Assembly (NCBI GenBank): GCA_963739455.1
Contig: CAVUAK010000001.1
Location: 2,080,001-2,144,000 of the forward strand
DNA length: 64,000 bases
Source: an uncultured Gemmatimonadales bacterium
GTDB lineage: Bacteria; Gemmatimonadota; Gemmatimonadetes; Gemmatimonadales; GWC2-71-9
Direction: 5' to 3'
The translations under genes were made by a program, and so were the position numbers. A model generated the notes under the pieces. It saw only the letters and a list, made by a program, of their open reading frames with translations, did not search any database and was not told the DNA's origin. The first letter of the stretch is position 1. The number at the start of each line of letters is the position of its first letter. Below, piece by piece: positions 1 through 13,173 of the stretch.

Positions 1-72
1 GTGAAGGTGAATGAGCAGATCAGCGCCGGCATGGAGAAGGGTGCCACGAGCAGCATCATCACGCTGGGCTGA
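1..72 (+). CDS. 3' end of an unidentified CDS (partial)
   Basis: Open frame VKVNEQISAGMEKGATSSIITLG*. Its TGA (70-72) overlaps the tmk ATG. Confidence 0.55.
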   Translation: MKVNEQISAGMEKGATSSIITLG

Positions 73-689
73 TGCGCGGATTCTTCCTCGTTCTCGAGGG
101 TCCCGAGGGCGCGGGGAAGAGCACGCTGGCGGCGACGCTGACGGCGCGTGCACGCGGGACGGGGGCGGAAGTCGTGGCCGTGCGTGAGCCGGGTGGTACC
201 ACGGCCGCCGAGGCGGCGCGCGCCATCGTGCTGGATCATGCCCACGCGGTCGGGGCGGAGGCGGAGTTGCTGCTGATGCTGGCCGCGCGTGCCGACCTGG
301 TTCGGCGGGTCATTGTGCCGGCGCTCGAGGCCGGATCGCTGGTCATCGCCGACCGCTTCGACCTGTCGACGAGGGCGTACCAGGTGGCCGGGCGCGGGCT
401 GCCGGCAGACCTCGTGGCCGCGGCGAACCGGATCGCCACTGGCGGGCTGGTGCCCGACCTGACACTGGTGCTCGACGTGAGGCCCGGTGCAGGTCGGGCG
501 AGGCAGGCGGCCGCGGGCAAGGCGCGCGACCGGATGGAGTCGGAGCATGCTGATTTTCACGCCCGCGTGGCCGCCGAATATCTGGCGGCATCCGGATCGG
601 GTGTGCGACATTTGAATGCAGAGCTGCCCGCTGACCGTCTCGCCGAGACGGCGTGGGCAGAGCTGGAACAGTGGTGGAGGCACACATGA
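72..689 (+). CDS. tmk: Thymidylate kinase
   Basis: P-loop EGPEGAGKST, REPGGT, DRFDLSTRAYQ and PDLTLVLD motifs. Confidence 0.95.
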   Translation: MRGFFLVLEGPEGAGKSTLAATLTARARGTGAEVVAVREPGGTTAAEAARAIVLDHAHAVGAEAELLLMLAARADLVRRVIVPALEAGSLVIADRFDLSTRAYQVAGRGLPADLVAAANRIATGGLVPDLTLVLDVRPGAGRARQAAAGKARDRMESEHADFHARVAAEYLAASGSGVRHLNAELPADRLAETAWAELEQWWRHT

Positions 690-2329
690 AGCAACGCTGG
701 GGCATCACCGTCCTCATCGCCGTACTGTCGTTCCTGAGCGGCGGCTGGCTCCTGCAGCGCGGCACGGGCGGGGATGGCGGCGTGTACAAGCAGGCGCGGC
801 TGTTCGACGACGTCCTGAGCCACGTCCGCAATTTCTACGTCGATTCGATCCCGGAGGCCGATCTCTACACCAAGGCCACCAACGGGATGCTGGACCAGCT
901 CAAGGATCCGTACTCGGTATTGCTCACTGGTGCGGACTTCAAGGAGCTGACCGAGAAGACGTCGGGCAACTACGCCGGGCTGGGCATCCAGATCGACGTG
1001 CGCGACGGGTGGATCACGGTCGTGGCGCCGCTGCCCGACTCGCCGGCGGAACGTGCCGGCATCCAGACCGGCGACCAGATCGTCGAGGTGGACGGCAAGT
1101 CGACGCAGGGATGGAACAGCGACCAGGCGGTGAAGTCGCTGCGCGGCGAGCCGGGATCCGACGTGGCCATCCTGATCCGGCGGGCCGGTTTCGACGAGTC
1201 GATTCCGTACAAGCTCAACCGTGCCACCATCCACTTCAAGTCCGTGCCGGTCGGCACCGAGTTTGACGGCGGTGTCGGCTACATCTCGCTGAATCCCGTC
1301 CAGGAAACATCGGCGCAGGAACTGCGCGACGAGATCCTGGCCATGCGTGGCAAGGGGATGAAGGCGATGGTCCTCGACCTGCGCAACAACCCTGGTGGCC
1401 TGCTCGACCAGGGTATCAAGGTGTCCGACATCTTCCTCGATCCCGGGCAGGAAGTGGTGTCCACGCGGGGCCGGGCGCGGGGGAGCACGCGGCAGTTCTT
1501 CGACGAGGAGAAGCAGCTCGATCCGGCCCTGCCGATCGTGGTGCTCGTGAGCGAAGGAACGGCGAGTGCCGCGGAGATCATCGCCGGGGCGCTCCAGGAT
1601 CACGATCGCGCCCTCATCGTGGGCACGCCTACCTTCGGCAAGGGCCTGGTGCAGACGCTGTATCCGCTGGGCCAGGAGACTGCGCTCAAGCTGACGACGG
1701 CCCGCTGGTTCACGCCGAGCGGCCGGACCATCCAGCGCAAGGCGAACAGCGAGGAGGACCAGGTGCTGCAGGCGATCGCCGAGGGCAACCCGCTCTCCGC
1801 CGGCGATTCGCTGTCGGCGGCGGACTCGGCAATCAAGGCGCGACCGATCTATCACACCGATGGTGGCCGGATTGTCCGTGGTGGCGGTGGCATCGTGCCC
1901 GACCTCATCGTCCGGCCCGACACCCTGACGACATCCGAGCGGGAGTTCATCAAGGGACTGGGCGAGAAGGTCCAGGCGTACCGTGACGTGCTCACCACGT
2001 ACGCACTCGAGGTCAAGCGCGACAAGACGGTGCGCAGCGAGAACTTCACGGTGACGCCGCAAATGCGGCAGCAGGTGTACGACCGGCTCAAGGCGAAGGG
2101 GGTAACCATCTCTCCCGCTGCCTTCCAGGCCGGCGCGCCACTGCTCGACCAGCAGCTCGGGTACGAGATCAGCCGTTACGTCTTCGGGCGGCCGGCCGAG
2201 TTCCGGCGCCGGGCGCAGGACGATCCCCAGGTGCAGACGGCGATCACCCTGCTGCGGAAGGCACAGTCGCCGAAGCAGCTGCTGACGCTCGCGAGCGCCA
2301 CACCGGCGCCAGGTACGGTCGCGCATTGA
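686..2329 (+). CDS. S41 family C-terminal processing protease (PDZ + peptidase)
   Basis: N-terminal TM/signal, DPYS, PDZ GLGI, DLRNNPGG, TASAAEI and GKGLVQ. ATG at 686 overlaps the tmk stop (ATGA). Confidence 0.93.
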   Translation: MKQRWGITVLIAVLSFLSGGWLLQRGTGGDGGVYKQARLFDDVLSHVRNFYVDSIPEADLYTKATNGMLDQLKDPYSVLLTGADFKELTEKTSGNYAGLGIQIDVRDGWITVVAPLPDSPAERAGIQTGDQIVEVDGKSTQGWNSDQAVKSLRGEPGSDVAILIRRAGFDESIPYKLNRATIHFKSVPVGTEFDGGVGYISLNPVQETSAQELRDEILAMRGKGMKAMVLDLRNNPGGLLDQGIKVSDIFLDPGQEVVSTRGRARGSTRQFFDEEKQLDPALPIVVLVSEGTASAAEIIAGALQDHDRALIVGTPTFGKGLVQTLYPLGQETALKLTTARWFTPSGRTIQRKANSEEDQVLQAIAEGNPLSAGDSLSAADSAIKARPIYHTDGGRIVRGGGGIVPDLIVRPDTLTTSEREFIKGLGEKVQAYRDVLTTYALEVKRDKTVRSENFTVTPQMRQQVYDRLKAKGVTISPAAFQAGAPLLDQQLGYEISRYVFGRPAEFRRRAQDDPQVQTAITLLRKAQSPKQLLTLASATPAPGTVAH

Positions 2330-2333
2330 CGCG

Positions 2334-3204
2334 ATGACAATTCCAGGGGAGCCCCACCCGACCGTCGCCATCATCGGCGCCGGCCGGGCAGGGAGGGCCC
2401 TCGCGCTCGCCCTGACACGCGCATCGGTCCCGGTGCTCGTGTGTTCCCGCCGAAAGTCCGACCTTCCCCCTGCCATCGAGTGCTCCCTCGAACCGTGGAC
2501 GCTCGCCCTCGAGCGCGCGCGGGTCATTCTCGTCGCTGTGCCCGATGACGCCATCGAGGATGTGGCACGTCGGCTCAGTGACGTATCCCTCGGCGCCACC
2601 GTGGTGCTGCACTGTTCCGGCCTGCGCGATCGCTCCGCCCTGCTGGCGCTCGAGGGCCGCGCGGCGGGCCTCGGCTCATTCCATCCGCTGCAGACCCTGG
2701 CCGGCGATACCGAGGCGGCGGGGCGCCTGCAGGCCGCCTACGCGGTGCTGGAAGGCGACGCGGCGGCGGTGCTCGCCGGGCGGCTCCTGGCCGGCCTGCT
2801 TGGGATGACTGCGCTCGAGATCCGGGCCGCCGAGAAGCCGCGCTATCATGCGGCGGCTGTGATGGTGAGCAACTACACGGTGGCGCTCGTCGCCGTGGCG
2901 GAGCGTCTTGCAGCTGCAGGCCGGGATCCCCGCGGAAGCCGCCGGGCGAATCTTCCTGCCGCTGCTCGAGGGAACGTGGCGGAACCTCGAGATGCGAGGC
3001 ACGACAGACGCGCTCACGGGGCCGATCATGCGGGGCGATACGGGAACGGTGCGGGCGCACCTGGGCGCACTGGACGACGAGACGCGCCGGCTCTATGCGG
3101 TGATGGGACTCGAGGCGGTGAAGGTGGCGCGACGCGGCGGGCTGGAAGAGGTACGGGCCGCCGAGATCGAGGCGGCCCTGCGCGAGGCTATGACTGCTCG
3201 ATGA
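2334..3204 (+). CDS. Rossmann-like/DUF2520 domain protein (one frameshift near 2920)
   Basis: IIGAGRAG, HCSG, FHPLQT and YHAAAV in one frame; LTGPIMRGD..TV..HL in the 2908-3204 frame. Confidence 0.85.
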
Positions 3205-3844
3205 CCCGGACGCCGCTCGGGACCTCGAACTGGAAGGTCTTGTCGGTGACGGGATCGTTGGTCTTGAGCTTCGACAGCGTGAGCGTGCGCGTGCCGCCGG
3301 CACGTTCCTCGATGACCACCTTTCGTGGCAGTGCCGTGTCGCGGTCGAGCCAGAGCGTCGCCTTCCTGAACGGGAGGTCGTCGGCAAGCGGCACCAGTTC
3401 CACCACGTCGGTCTGCACGAAGTCCACAAAGTCCCGCTTCACATAGCGCGACCTGTAGCGCTCCGCAGGCTTGTCCAGCAGCCAGGCCAGCACGTTGAAG
3501 CCATAGACCGGCCCCGTCGGAATCGGCATCCGGAGCACCTGGCCCGGCGTGGTGCTCGGGGTGTACACCCAGACGTACTGGCCATCGAGGATGATCGCGT
3601 CGCCCTTCGGGTCGCTGAACCGCATCGTCAGCTTGTTCTGTCCCGACTGCACCATGACCCCGTGGCTCTCGAACGTCCCCACCGCATCGTCGTCGATCAC
3701 CTGCTTGAAGTCGGCCCGGAGTGAGGTGAGGCTGCGATAGACCTTCGCCGCGCGTCCCACGATGACGTTGGCATCGTCCTGGGTGACGGGCGCGGACCGG
3801 CCCGCGAGGGCGCACACGACGGCGAGACTGAAGAGCACCTTCAC
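3188..3844 (-). CDS. lolA: Outer-membrane lipoprotein carrier LolA family
   Basis: Signal peptide, [18 protein letters not shown]-terminal F.F.VPSGV.VI. Confidence 0.85.
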   Translation of the reverse strand: MKVLFSLAVVCALAGRSAPVTQDDANVIVGRAAKVYRSLTSLRADFKQVIDDDAVGTFESHGVMVQSGQNKLTMRFSDPKGDAIILDGQYVWVYTPSTTPGQVLRMPIPTGPVYGFNVLAWLLDKPAERYRSRYVKRDFVDFVQTDVVELVPLADDLPFRKATLWLDRDTALPRKVVIEERAGGTRTLTLSKLKTNDPVTDKTFQFEVPSGVRVIEQS

Positions 3845-4881
3845 GCGGATACCCCGACTGGAACGGGAATGCTGCGGCCAATGGCCTCGGCGATGACCCG
3901 GGCTTCACGCATCAGCGTGCCGAACTGCGCGGGGTCGAGACTCTGCACCCCGTCCGACAGCGCGCGCTCGGGGGTGGGGTGAACCTCGATGAGGAGACCA
4001 TCTGCGCCCGCCGCGACGGCAGCGCGCGCCATCGGGATCACCATGTCACGCCGGCCGGTGCCATGGCTCGGGTCGGCGACGATGGGCAGGTGCGACAGGT
4101 GATGCACCACCGGGATCGCGGACAAGTCGAAGAGATTGCGCGTGACACTGTCGAAGCCGCGCAGTCCCCGCTCGCAGAGGATCACATCGGGATTGCCCTC
4201 GGCGAGCAGGTACTCCGCGGACAGCAGGAGGTCCTGGATGGTCGCCGACAGGCCGCGCTTGAGCAGGACCGGCTTGCCGCTGCGCCCGGCGCTCTTGAGC
4301 AGGGAATAGTTCTGCATGTTGCGGGCGCCGATCTGCACGATGTCGGCCACCTCGACCACCAGGTCGAGTTGCTCGGCATCCATCGCCTCGGTGACGATGA
4401 GGAGCCCGGTTTCCGCGCGCGCGAGCGCCAGGAGCCGGAGCCCCTCGGGACCGAGACCCTGGAAGGAATAGGGTGACGAGCGCGGCTTGAACGCACCACC
4501 ACGGAGAATGGAGGCGCCGGCGGCGCGGACGGCGCGCGCGGCCTCGAGGATCTGCGACTCGCTCTCGACCGAGCAGGGTCCTGCCATGACGGCGAGTTCC
4601 GCCCCGCCGATAGTCACCCCACCCGCGAGTCGCACCACCGTCGGCTCGGCCCGCCACTCGCGCGACACCTGCTTGTACGGCTTGGTGACGTGAATGATCT
4701 CGGCCACGCCGGACAGCGCGGCGATGCGTGAGCTGTCGACCCGCCCGTCATTGCCGACGAGGCCCACGGTGGTACGCTGGCGGCCCGGCATGGGCCGCGC
4801 CTCGTAGCCCAGCTCCTCGATCGTGGCCACCACCAGCCGGACCTCCTCGGCGGTGGCGCCGTGACGCATGACGACTAGCAT
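3841..4881 (-). CDS. aroF: DAHP synthase type I-beta with N-terminal regulatory domain
   Basis: [41 protein letters not shown]. Confidence 0.95.
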   Translation of the reverse strand: MLVVMRHGATAEEVRLVVATIEELGYEARPMPGRQRTTVGLVGNDGRVDSSRIAALSGVAEIIHVTKPYKQVSREWRAEPTVVRLAGGVTIGGAELAVMAGPCSVESESQILEAARAVRAAGASILRGGAFKPRSSPYSFQGLGPEGLRLLALARAETGLLIVTEAMDAEQLDLVVEVADIVQIGARNMQNYSLLKSAGRSGKPVLLKRGLSATIQDLLLSAEYLLAEGNPDVILCERGLRGFDSVTRNLFDLSAIPVVHHLSHLPIVADPSHGTGRRDMVIPMARAAVAAGADGLLIEVHPTPERALSDGVQSLDPAQFGTLMREARVIAEAIGRSIPVPVGVSA

Positions 4882-4899
4882 GGCGTCGCTTCGCGACTG

Positions 4900-4931
4900 G
4901 AGGTGAAGACGCGAGGACTTGAGGACGAGAG
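4900..4931. repeat. Degenerate 4x octamer tandem (GACGTGAG family)
   Basis: gaggtgaa gacgcgag gacttgag gacgagag, between smc and aroF. Confidence 0.55.
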
Positions 4932-4951
4932 GAACAACACTACAGGTTCCG

Positions 4952-7900
4952 TCATGCCTCTACAGGCTCCTCAACTGCCGGGGTCGCGCTTTCCCGGCGC
5001 CGGGGCACGGCGCGGCCTTCGTCGTCGTGATGCTCGCCCAGGCGCACTCCCACAATCGTCGATACGCCCGGCTCCTGCATCGTGACGCCGTAGACGGCAT
5101 CGGCCGCCTGCATGGTGCGCGGGTTGTGAGTAATGACGATGAACTGGGTCGAGTGCTTGAACTCATCCAGCAGCCGGGTGAAGCGCCCGACGTTCGCGTC
5201 GTCCAGTGGCGCGTCCACTTCGTCCATGAGGCAGAACGGGCTTGGCTTGGTGAGGTAGATGCTGAAGAGCAGCGACGTCGCCACCAGGGTACGCTCGCCG
5301 GACGAGAGCAGGTGAATGCGCTGGGTCTTCTTGCCCCGGGGCGAGGCGTGGATCTCGATCTCGCTCTCGAGCGGATCGTCCGGGTCGGCGAGGCGCAGTT
5401 CGCACTCGCCGCCGCCGAACAGGGTCTGGAAAACGGTGAGGAAGTGTGCCTGCACCGCCGTAAAGGTTTCCATGAACAGGTTGCGCGCCGTGCCGTCGAT
5501 CTCACGGATGGCCTGCAGCAGGGACTGGCGCGCGCTGACGAGGTCGTCGCGCTGGGTGGTGAGGAACTCGAGGCGCGTGCTCTCCTCGGCGTGCTCCTCG
5601 ACAGCAAGGGGATTGACCGGCCCGATCCCCTCGAGCTGCTCCACAACCCGCGCCGCCTCCGCTTCCAGTGTCTCGAGGTCCAGGTCGAGTGGCACAAAGC
5701 CCTCGAGCAGCGACGCGAGCGGCTTCCGCCATTCCGCCTCGATACGCTCCTCGATGCGCTTGCGCTGCCCCGCCGATTCAGTGAGCTCCACCTGCAACCG
5801 ATGGCTCTCCTCCACCAGTGACTCGACCTCGCTGCGCGTGGCCGTGAGCGTGCGCTCGGCCAGCTCCAGCTCCGCCTCTCCTTCCGCCAGGGCCAGTTCG
5901 GTGTCGGTAGCCGCGGCCTCCAGCTCGAGCCGCGCGACGCGGCGCTCGTCACGCGAGGCCTGCCACTCCGCCTGCTGCAGCTGCAGCGCCTGCGTGGTGC
6001 GGTCGAGTTCATCGAGCTCGACCCCGAGTGCCGCCGCCGATGCCGCCGCCTGCGCGCGCATTTCACTGACGCGATCGGCACGTTCCACCGCGGCACGGAG
6101 CCGCGCGGCGACATGCGCTTCCTGCACCTGCCAGTGGACCCGCTGTTCCCGCGCGGTCTCCTGGTCTGCCTCGAGCGACTGTTGCTGGCTGCGGGCGGCC
6201 CCGATGGCCTCCTCGCGACGGGCGCGTCCCACCCCAAGCTCCTCGAGCTGGGTGCTGATCTCCGCGACACGACGCTCGGCGGACTGGAGACGCTCCCGCA
6301 GCCGGTCGAGCTGCTGCTCGCTGGAGCTGAGTTCGCGCTGCAGGGAGGCCACGTGGCGAAGCGTCTCTTCCCGGGCCGAGACGGCCTGACGCTCGAGCTC
6401 GCGTGCCGCGTCGAACGCGGTGACCGCCGATGCCAGCGCCATCTCGGCGGCGGCGAAGCTCGCGAGCGTGCCGCTCAACGCGGACTCGGTGGACTGGAAG
6501 TACTGCTCGGCGGCCTGCACGTCGTGGGCGAGGCTGCCCAGTTCGGCGCGCCGGCGAAGCGGGCCACCCTGCGTGACGGCTCCGGCCAGGAAGACCGCGC
6601 CGGTGGCGCGGCGAAGGACGAGGCCCGCCGCATCGAGCACCTCGGAACCGTGCAGGATCGCCTGAACCCACGAAGCTGCCGGACCGTCGGCGCGGACGCG
6701 TTCGGCGAGGGGATGCTGATCGCCGCTGAATCGCGGACCGGGATCGGCAGGCAGCAGCACCAGCGCACCAGGCTGGTGCTCGGCATGCCACGCCTGGATG
6801 GCGGGAATCGCGTCGAGGTCGCGCACCAGCACCGCGTGCACCCAGTCGCCCAGGAGCCGTTCGGCAAGGTCTGCATCGTCGCGCGAGGTGCTGAGGAAGT
6901 CGCTCAGCGGACCGAGGATGTTGCTCCCGAAGCGCTCGCGCGCGGCCAGCAGGGCCACGGCGCCAGGTGCCAGGCCCACTCGCTCACGCTCCAGTTCCTC
7001 GAGCGCCTGCCGGCGTGCCGTGAGCTGCGCAAGGCTTTCCTCGGCGCTGCGCCGTGCCGCGCGATCATGCGCCTCGCGTTCACGCACCTCGGCGACATGA
7101 TGCCGCGCGGCCTCCACCTCGGCCCCCGAGCGCCGCAACTCGAAGCCATGGAATGCGGCACGCTCGACCTGGTGATCCCGGCGGCGCTCGGCGTCGGCCA
7201 GTTCGTGGCGCAGCGCCTCGCGCTGCGCCAGCGCCTGCTCCGCGCGCTCGCGCAGGCCGGTGAGCTCGTGCTCGAGCGCCGCCCGCTCGCTCTCGAGCGA
7301 GGTGCTGCTCTGGAGCGCCTGCTGCGCCTCCTGTTCCAACCGCCGCACCACGTCGCGCTGGTCGGCCAGGCGCTGGCGCACCCCCTCCTCATTCTCGGCT
7401 CGCGAGCCGAGTTCGGCCTGCAGTCGTGCATGCTCCGCGTCGGCGTCACTGCGCTCCACCAGCGCCGCTTCATGCTCCACGGCCGCCTGGGCGGTGCGCG
7501 CCTCCATCTGGCCGCGCTCGTCGCTGGCCCGGAAACGCCGCGCCGAGGCGTTGGCGAGGCGCTCGGCGGCCACGGCAAGGTCGCCCTCGAGCCGGCCGAG
7601 TTCCACGCGTACCGAAGCGAGGCGCGAAGACACCTCGGTGCGCTCCGCCTCGGCGGCGTGGCGCGCGCGACCCGCTGCCTCGCGGCGCTGCTCCGATTCC
7701 GCGAGTGCCTGGCGCCTGGCCGGCAGCACCGGCTCGAGCTCGGCGTATCGCCGCGTCATGCTTTCGGCGTCGGTGGACAGCTGCTCCAGCAGGCGCTGTG
7801 ACAGCGTCAACTGCAGCGCGAACTTCTCTTCCGTCAGCTTGACATGCCGTTCGGCACGACCCTTCTGGCGCGCGAGGCTGCGAAGCTGGGACTGCACCTC

Positions 7901-8488
7901 GGCGATCAGGTCCTCGACGCGCTGCAGGTCCTGGTGAGTTTCCTCGAGCCGGCGCTCGGTGCTGTGCTTCCGGTCGCGATACAGGCTGATGCCCGCCGCC
8001 TCCTCGAAGAGCGACCGCCGCTCGTCGGCCCGATCAGAGAGGAGCAACTCGATCATCTTCGCCTCGATGACCACGCCGGCATCGCTGCCCAGGCCAGTGC
8101 CACGCAGCAGGTCCTGGATATCCCGGAGCCGCACAGGAGCCTTGTTCAGCAGGTACTCGCTGTTTCCGGCGCGTGAGAGGCGACGGGTGATCACCACCTC
8201 CCGGTAGGCAATGGGCAGGTCACCGTCGGCGTTGTCGAGGTAGAGCGAGACCTCGGTGAAGTTCACCGGTCGCCTGGTGGCGGCGCCCTGGAAGATGACA
8301 TCCTCCATCTTGCCGCCGCGCAGCAGCCGGGCTGACTGCTCACCCAGCACCCAGCGGACCGCATCGGACACATTCGACTTGCCACAGCCGTTAGGCCCCA
8401 CAATCGCGGTAACGCCGGTCTCGAAGGTGAGCTCAACGGTGTCGGCGAATGACTTGAAGCCGGAGAGCTCGAGTTTCGTGAGCTTCAT
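4952..8488 (-). CDS. smc: Chromosome segregation protein SMC
   Basis: [14 protein letters not shown] start at 8488, GPNGCGKSN Walker A, coiled coils with hinge, LLSSGE signature, DEVDAPLD. Confidence 0.97.
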   Translation of the reverse strand: MKLTKLELSGFKSFADTVELTFETGVTAIVGPNGCGKSNVSDAVRWVLGEQSARLLRGGKMEDVIFQGAATRRPVNFTEVSLYLDNADGDLPIAYREVVITRRLSRAGNSEYLLNKAPVRLRDIQDLLRGTGLGSDAGVVIEAKMIELLLSDRADERRSLFEEAAGISLYRDRKHSTERRLEETHQDLQRVEDLIAEVQSQLRSLARQKGRAERHVKLTEEKFALQLTLSQRLLEQLSTDAESMTRRYAELEPVLPARRQALAESEQRREAAGRARHAAEAERTEVSSRLASVRVELGRLEGDLAVAAERLANASARRFRASDERGQMEARTAQAAVEHEAALVERSDADAEHARLQAELGSRAENEEGVRQRLADQRDVVRRLEQEAQQALQSSTSLESERAALEHELTGLRERAEQALAQREALRHELADAERRRDHQVERAAFHGFELRRSGAEVEAARHHVAEVREREAHDRAARRSAEESLAQLTARRQALEELERERVGLAPGAVALLAARERFGSNILGPLSDFLSTSRDDADLAERLLGDWVHAVLVRDLDAIPAIQAWHAEHQPGALVLLPADPGPRFSGDQHPLAERVRADGPAASWVQAILHGSEVLDAAGLVLRRATGAVFLAGAVTQGGPLRRRAELGSLAHDVQAAEQYFQSTESALSGTLASFAAAEMALASAVTAFDAARELERQAVSAREETLRHVASLQRELSSSEQQLDRLRERLQSAERRVAEISTQLEELGVGRARREEAIGAARSQQQSLEADQETAREQRVHWQVQEAHVAARLRAAVERADRVSEMRAQAAASAAALGVELDELDRTTQALQLQQAEWQASRDERRVARLELEAAATDTELALAEGEAELELAERTLTATRSEVESLVEESHRLQVELTESAGQRKRIEERIEAEWRKPLASLLEGFVPLDLDLETLEAEAARVVEQLEGIGPVNPLAVEEHAEESTRLEFLTTQRDDLVSARQSLLQAIREIDGTARNLFMETFTAVQAHFLTVFQTLFGGGECELRLADPDDPLESEIEIHASPRGKKTQRIHLLSSGERTLVATSLLFSIYLTKPSPFCLMDEVDAPLDDANVGRFTRLLDEFKHSTQFIVITHNPRTMQAADAVYGVTMQEPGVSTIVGVRLGEHHDDEGRAVPRRRESATPAVEEPVEA

Positions 8489-8516
8489 CGGGAAATCCTG
8501 GACAGTGAAGGGATGG

Positions 8517-9906
8517 TCAGGGCACCGGCGCGCCGGGCCCGCTGATGACGAACGACGGCATGCCGAGCGAACGACTGGCGGAATCGGCCTGCTCGCGCGA
8601 GGCAAACGGGCCCACGACGACACGATACACGTCGTCGGCGTTGGCAGGATCAACGACGCTTGCCTTGATGCCGGCCGCCGCAATCTTCTCGGCGAGTTCC
8701 CGCGCCCAGGCGGGATTCCGCGAGCTGCTCACCTGGAGGAAGAATCGCTGTGCGGAGCCGGTAGCGGAGGTATCCGCCGGGCCGGCGAGCGTATCACTCG
8801 CCACCACAACGTCCTCCACCGCTGACGTCGGTGCCCATGCGAGCGGCACCCAGATATCGTCGGCGGACTTCGACACCTGTCCCCGGGGCTTCAGGCCGTC
8901 GCGCTCGAGGTCGAGACCAACGACGTCGCGCCCCTTGCGCACCAGCAGCAGGAACGGCGGCGCGATCAGGGGCAGGTCGTCATCCCATGCCGTGACGGTC
9001 CGTGCCACCACGCTCCGCGCCGTCAGGTCCACCACACTCAAGGTGTCGCCCTTCCGGGAGCGGACCAGCATCCAGAGGCCGTAGAGGTCTCCCGCGCAGG
9101 TCGATCGCGCCACCGGGCACCTCGATGCCGTCGCGCTCCCGGGCGGAATAGCGGTCGAGGGCCATCACCTCGTCCTCGTCCCGCCCGATGTACAGCCGGT
9201 GGCCCGAGGGCGAGAACATCACGGCCCTCGCATGGTCGGACACGTCGACGACAGTCGGCTTCTTCGCTCCCGATGGATCGGCGAGCACGACGGCCGAGTC
9301 GGCCGCCACGGCCACCAGGTCTCCCGCCAGCGTCGCGGTGGCGTTGCCGGACGGCATCGAAAACGTCTCCGCCGGTCCCTCGGACTCGAAGACCGTCAGG
9401 TCGGCGCGCCGCGGTGTCGGCAGCACGAGCAGCCGCCCAGACGCGGTCCCGACAAGGTCCGTGGCACTGGCCGGCAGTGCATCGGCGAGCGTCAGCGGGC
9501 GTCGTCCCCGCACTTCGGTAACCTTGCCTGAGGTGTCGACCGAGAAGAGGGTCCCATCGGGTCCGACGGCCGCGTTGCGAACACCCTTGCGCAGGACGCG
9601 CGCGCGACGGGCCCGCAAGTCGATGGCAACGAGGGCACGGCTGGAATCGAGGGCGTAGACCAGGCCCTGGTCGAGATCAACGCCGATGTACCGCCGGATC
9701 GCGGGTACCCTCGCCACCGACCAGCCGAGCGGCGTGAGGTCGGTGCTGCGGTATGCGACCGCCTCGCCCCCGTGTGCGGGCAGCCGCAACAGGGTCGTCG
9801 GACCGGGAGAATGGAGCACCAGGGGAAGCGCCGCGAGTGGCTCGCGACCGGACTTGTCGCAGGCCGCGAGCAGGGTGACGACCAGGAGGATGTGGCGGAC
9901 ATTCAC
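8517..9906 (-). CDS. Lipoprotein with beta-propeller-like region and C-terminal SPOR domain (frameshift near 9100)
   Basis: Lipobox LLAAC. C-terminal FFLQVSS...YRVVVGPFASREQA is SPOR-like. Confidence 0.7.
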
Positions 9907-9955
9907 GCCGGCAAAGATAATGACGACGGCGCGGTGGCGGGGCCGGGAATCGGCG

Positions 9956-12900
9956 CTAGAATGTCGGCCCGAGGCTCAGGGTGACGAGGCTGCCATAGTA
10001 GGGCTGGCGCGCCAGGGGGAACGACCAGTCGAGTCGCAGGATCATGAGGCCATACAGGTTCATCCGGGCACCCACGCCCCAGGCGGCAATCGGGGCCCTG
10101 AAGTTGACGGGGCTGGCGTCGTTCGTGGACCAGCGAATGACGCTGCCCTGGTTCCAGGAGAGGCCCGCATCGAAGAAGGCGACGCCCTCGATGGGCGGAA
10201 GCCCCTTCGGCGCGAACTTCATCTGCGGCGTCAGCAGGGGGAAGCGCAACTCGAAGTTCGCGATGGCCAGTTGCTGCCCCACCAGCCGCAGCAGCGGCTG
10301 ACAGATGATGTTTGCGCCCGGCGCCAGGCACTCATTGCGCTGATAGGAGCCCGAGGTATTGCCCCGGACCAGGTCAGGCACGCCGATGAACACGTCAAAC
10401 TGGTTCGCGTCACGCCCCAGGCGCCCGTAGAAGAGGCCGCGGAAGGCAAAGACGAACGGTCCCTTGATCTGGGTGTAGCGACGATAGTCCAGCAGGAGCT
10501 GGGTGTACTGCCAGGTGCCGATGCTCTGGCTCAGTGCGAGCCGGTACCTCGTGCCAAGGTAGGGGCCCACGTAGCCGAAGATCGTGTTGTCGAAGACGTA
10601 CGCCACGGTGGGGAGCGTGAAGAACACTCCCGGGCGGCTGACGGTCTGGTACTCCGCGTTGGTGACGGGGAATCCCTGGGCGTCGAACTGCTGCACCAGG
10701 CTCACCAGCGCGTCATCAATGAACCCGATTCGCAGGTCCGTCTCGATCCGCCGGAAGCGGCTCAGGGGGTACCAGGCGGTACCCTGCACGAAGCGACTCA
10801 ACAGTCGACGCGTGTTGACGCGTGTCGTGAAGCCACCATCCGCGTTGGGCACGAGCGTGCTCGGCTCGGCGAAGTAATACGGAATCTGGGTGGCGCCGAT
10901 CGACCAGTTGATGCGGTTGGCGAGATTGGCGTACGACGCCGTGGCAAACGCCTCACCGATGCGCCCGTTGATGGCGAGGCCGAATGCCAACTGGTTGTTG
11001 CCCAGCACGTCGCTCAGCGTAATGGCGGTGCTGCCGTAGATCCCGTTGCCGGTGTTGTCCCGGACGTACCCCACCTGCGGGCGGGCGATATAGTCGGGCG
11101 TGTACTTCTTCCGGTATTTCTGGAAGGCGAACTCGCTGGTGTCCGGCAGGGCCAGCTCTGCTGAATCGAGCAGTCGTGCAATCGAGACGGGCTGGGGGAT
11201 GGGCGCATTGGCACTGTCGCCACTTGGCACGGGTACCGAGTCCGCGCGACGGAACCCCTGCTTGCCGCGGTAGATGGAGCCACCCTCGCCCACCTCGGGG
11301 CGGGCGCTGATGCTGTCCGGTGCCACGCGGGTCACCACCTGGACCGCGCGCCGCGCGCTGTCCTCGGGTGCCGGTGCCCGCCACGGCGACCGTGCCAGTG
11401 AACGCGGGTTGCTCAGCAGGTAGACATTGAAGCCGCCGCGCTCGTAGTACATGAACGCGACCTTGTCGGCGTCCGGGGCCCAGCTCAACACCGGCGACAG
11501 GGGCGTGAAGCCCGCCGACCCGGTGAGCAGGTGGGTCAGCTGGAACACCTCCTGCTGCGCGAAATCGTAGAGGTAGAGGTCGCTCACGCCACCGCGGTCG
11601 GAGACGAACACGAGCGACTTCCCGTCGGGCGACCAGGCGGGGTTGATGTTCTTCCCGTGATCCATGTGGTCGAGCACGCGCACGTCGCCGGTCACGAGGT
11701 CGTACACGCCGATGCGAAAGTTCCCGGCCCTCAGCAGGTCGAAGTTCGTGCCCGGCCCCCGGTCGGTCGTGAAGGCGATGGTCTTGCCATCGGGCGACCA
11801 GGCGGGGTGCAGCTCGGCGTAGCGATCCGCGGTGAGCTGCTTCAGGCCCGGACCCGTCCACGTTGACGATGAACAGGTCGGACCACCCTCCCACATAGCC
11901 GGTGAAGACAAGCTGCTTGCCGTCGGGGCTCCAGCTCGGCGTGGTGAGGCCGTCGATTTTCACGGTGATGCGGTGCACCGTCTTGTTGCGTTTCGGTTCC
12001 AGGATGATGATGTCGTCGTACTTTCCCCGCCGACCGGTGACCGCGAGGTACTTCCCGTCGCGCGACCAGGCGGCCTGGCTGTTGAGGAACCGGAAGGTTT
12101 CGTAGTTGCTGCTCCAGGTGGGCTTGAGCAGGCGTCGCTGTCAGCTTGCCGGTGGCGGCATCGGCCAGGAACATGTCGATGGAGAAGCCGTCGCGCTCAC
12201 TGAAGTAGGCGATCTGGGTGCCGTCGGGCGAGATGGCCGGTGCGATGTGCAGGCGGCCCCCCGAACGCGCCGTGTTCAGTGACACCGCGGCGATCTGCTT
12301 CGCCTGTTCCCCGGCGCCAAGCTCCGGCAGGTACTGCTTGAACACGGCATCGCGCCACTGCTGGGACAGCTGCTCGGTGGTGAGGCCGAGGGTACGCCGG
12401 ATGGACCCGTCGATACCACCGGCGAGGGTGCCGGTCAGGATCGCGCCGACCGCCTCGTCGCCCCAGCGCTCACCGATGTAGCTCCAGAGCGCATGACCGA
12501 ACCGGTAGGGAAAGATGTTCGGGTCGAGGGCCAGCTGCTCGATGGTCGGCAGGTTGTTCTCGAAGACCGCGTCGCGCAGCCACATCGCCGTTTCCGGCGT
12601 GGTCGGCCCGAGCGAGAGGTACTCGGCCATGCCCTCCATGAACCAGAGGGGCGGGGCCACCGACGCGATGACCTGCACGTTCGCGCCGGCCTTCCCCTGC
12701 GAGAACACGTCGAACTGGAACTGGTGCACCATTTCGTGCGTGAGCACGTGCTCCGTCTCGCGCAGCGCCCCCTGCAGGAACAGCACGTTCCGCTGGCGGA
12801 AGAAGTCGGTGACACCCTGCGTGCCCTCGCCCACCTCGGTGGTATTGGTCTGCCCGAAGTCGGTGGGGGACGCATACAGGATGATGGTCTTCCGCTCGGT

Positions 12901-13173
12901 GAACCGGTGGTTCAGGATGCGCGAGAGGCGGGCGTAGGAGCGCTCCGCCATGCGCGCGACATCGAGGGAAGCGTTCCGCTCCGACGGGTAAAAGTAGATG
13001 TCGAAGTGGTCCGTCTGGATGATCTGGAAGTTGAACTTGGTGTACTGGACCTTGTTCTGGCCGAAGTATCCATTGAAGTAGTACTGGGCGTGCGCGGTGG
13101 CGGGCACCATGAGGGCGAGCGCGACCAGCGCGGTCGCGACACGCGCCGCGCCGCGCCGGCTAGGACTCGTCAC
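9956..13173 (-). CDS. Omp85/BamA-TamA barrel protein with N-terminal gluzincin-like peptidase and PD40/TolB-like repeats (frameshifts near 12140 and 11850)
   Basis: FGQNKVQY, HEMVH, WFMEGMAEY, repeated PxWSPDG, C-terminal ELRFPL...FFDAG...LRLDW...LGPTF. Confidence 0.8.
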
